Position numbers and translations under genes: made by a program. From a virus (Duplodnaviria > Heunggongvirae > Uroviricota > Caudoviricetes), in IMG/VR virus record IMGVR_UViG_2526164631_000023: a DNA stretch of 64,000 bases. The stretch is one strand, 5' to 3'. Positions 59,876-64,000 of this stretch are shown here, in pieces. Under the pieces are notes generated by a model. That model did not search any database. It was not told the DNA's origin and saw only the letters and a program-made list of their open reading frames with translations. Numbering within the stretch: position 1 is the stretch's first letter; the number at the start of each line of letters is the position of its first letter.

Positions 59876-59925
59876 AACACATCTTTTTAGATTGATATCT
59901 TTGCTGTAAAGTACCCTCGCCTATT

Positions 59926-60282
59926 TTGGAGGGTGCTTTGCAGAGTCAAATCACGGAATCAAGACGCTTCACGGTGGATGGTTACACCGTAACCTTCGCC
60001 GCTGGTGTTAAGAACAGTCATGCTGTCGTTGTATTCGGCATCATGACCGGGCTTGAGGCCGTCACTGTGTTTACCCTCGAAAAAAACTGGCGAAATCTGG
60101 AGGAAGCAGAAAGCTACGTCCGGAAAGTAACCATCATTGCCGCCGAAAAACTCCTGGCCCACTATCAGGAAAATTATCGCACTATGGTCGAGAAGATTAA
60201 TCTCGCTTTCACTCGCCCCACTACCGGCTTTATTGCACCGGATACTAATGCAGGTCGCTATCCTGCAAGGGGGCGTCGGTGA
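59926..60282 (+). CDS. hypothetical protein
   Basis: 118 aa ORF; start uncertain. Confidence 0.3.
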   Translation: MEGALQSQITESRRFTVDGYTVTFAAGVKNSHAVVVFGIMTGLEAVTVFTLEKNWRNLEEAESYVRKVTIIAAEKLLAHYQENYRTMVEKINLAFTRPTTGFIAPDTNAGRYPARGRR

Positions 60283-60755
60283 AAACTTATTACACATCTC
60301 TGAATTGTTACCCGTCTTCCTATCCAGAATTGTCCGGGAAGCTGTTAGCTCTATTAGCTAAAGCACCTACGGAATGGTTTAAGCCAGTCATTATCAATCC
60401 ACACTTCCTGGATTACGGATCTGTTCGCACTCGTAACGAACTCAAAAACCTACTGGCGCATGGATTCATTCGACACCGTGCCGGGAAAGGCTATCAGTTA
60501 GCGATTGCGCCAGAAGAGGCCGTGCGGCTATTCGCATATCGTGACAGCCAGACAAAAGCTCGGGTAATAGCTCAAATACTTCATAACGGCAGCACCTATG
60601 CCCGCCAGTTTGGCGGCGATACGTCGCAGTTCTTGCGGGCGGTGCGATCGCTGGAGGAGCAAGGGGTTATTGAAAGTTCCTGTCTTCCTGTTCCTACCGT
60701 TCCACATATCAAACGTCGGGTTTACACCTTCACGCAGAGAGCTAAAAAACAATGA
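60279..60755 (+). CDS. hypothetical protein
   Basis: 158 aa ORF. Confidence 0.35.
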   Translation: MKTYYTSLNCYPSSYPELSGKLLALLAKAPTEWFKPVIINPHFLDYGSVRTRNELKNLLAHGFIRHRAGKGYQLAIAPEEAVRLFAYRDSQTKARVIAQILHNGSTYARQFGGDTSQFLRAVRSLEEQGVIESSCLPVPTVPHIKRRVYTFTQRAKKQ

Positions 60756-61246
60756 TTTACGTAAAAGTGAAACGCCTACATCCGGCAGCAAAACTTCCAG
60801 CTTATGCCACCTCCGGATCGGCGGCGATGGATTTTGAGGCTGTTGAAATAAAACCATGCGTCGATAGCAATGGTGCAATTTCCTCAAGCTGGTGGGTGTA
60901 TACCGGACTGGCTATGGAGATCCCGCCCGGCTGGTGTCTGAAACTCTATCCGCGATCCGGATTGGGCTGCAAAAAACATACTCGCCTGGCTAACTGCGTA
61001 GGAATTATCGACTCCGATTATCGCGGCGAAATCATGGCAAAACTGATTACTGATCCCGGCGGGGAAGGCGTTTGTCTCAAGCCTGGAATGGCTGTCATGC
61101 AAGGAATTTTTGAGCGTGTTGAACAAGTCTCACTAGTCGAGGTTGAGGAACTCAACGAAACGGAACGTGGTGCTGGTGGCTTTGGTAGCACATCGGAAGG
61201 CCACTTTGAAATTAAGCGTTCACCGCTTCAGTACGAAAAGTTATAA
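60752..61246 (+). CDS. dut: dUTP diphosphatase (trimeric dUTPase)
   Basis: SAAMDF, PRSGLG, GIIDSDYRGE, GGFGSTSEG dUTPase motifs. Confidence 0.8.
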   Translation: MIYVKVKRLHPAAKLPAYATSGSAAMDFEAVEIKPCVDSNGAISSSWWVYTGLAMEIPPGWCLKLYPRSGLGCKKHTRLANCVGIIDSDYRGEIMAKLITDPGGEGVCLKPGMAVMQGIFERVEQVSLVEVEELNETERGAGGFGSTSEGHFEIKRSPLQYEKL

Positions 61247-61260
61247 GCAGAGAAAAGACT

Positions 61261-63974
<2,714 letters not shown>

Positions 63975-64000
63975 ACATGTATTCCCGGTGAAAAAGACAA

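Overview
The window reads as a P1-like phage-plasmid segment, joined at its right end by an IS100-like element to unrelated DNA. All calls come from reading the sequence and ORF track against remembered family features; no database search was possible, so product names for structural and hypothetical genes are tentative.

Best-supported content:
- Maintenance: ParM/ParR type II partition with parC-like iterons (1-1314) and a P1-type RepA iteron replicon (incA, repA, incC/oriR; 11301-12652).
- Virion and lysis genes: overlapping Rz/Rz1-like spanins, a putative capsid, Ig-like protein, tail sheath, baseplate genes and a holin-like gene.
- Tail-fibre switch (20201-28679): a Hin/Gin/Cin-family invertase next to alternative fibre tips and chaperones.
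- Other modules: a DarB-like 2303-aa methyltransferase-helicase, an immI-like antirepressor module, five tRNAs, PacA/PacB-like terminase, a Cre-like recombinase with a lox-like site, and dUTPase.

The most interesting observation is that the tail-fibre switch appears to be a nested three-site inversion system. The alternative fibre segment Sv' is currently split from its own N-terminal 102 codons by a flipped 306-bp mini-segment, and the reading frames line up exactly if that mini-segment inverts.

Other points worth a second look:
- a -1 frameshift junction on A_AAA_AAC inside a dar-operon-position gene;
- a TGTGTTAGAAA motif in nine intergenic copies;
- two DUF2829 (Tad2-like) genes, one cut by the IS;
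- repeated structured elements in the tRNA island;
- several moron-like unknown operons.
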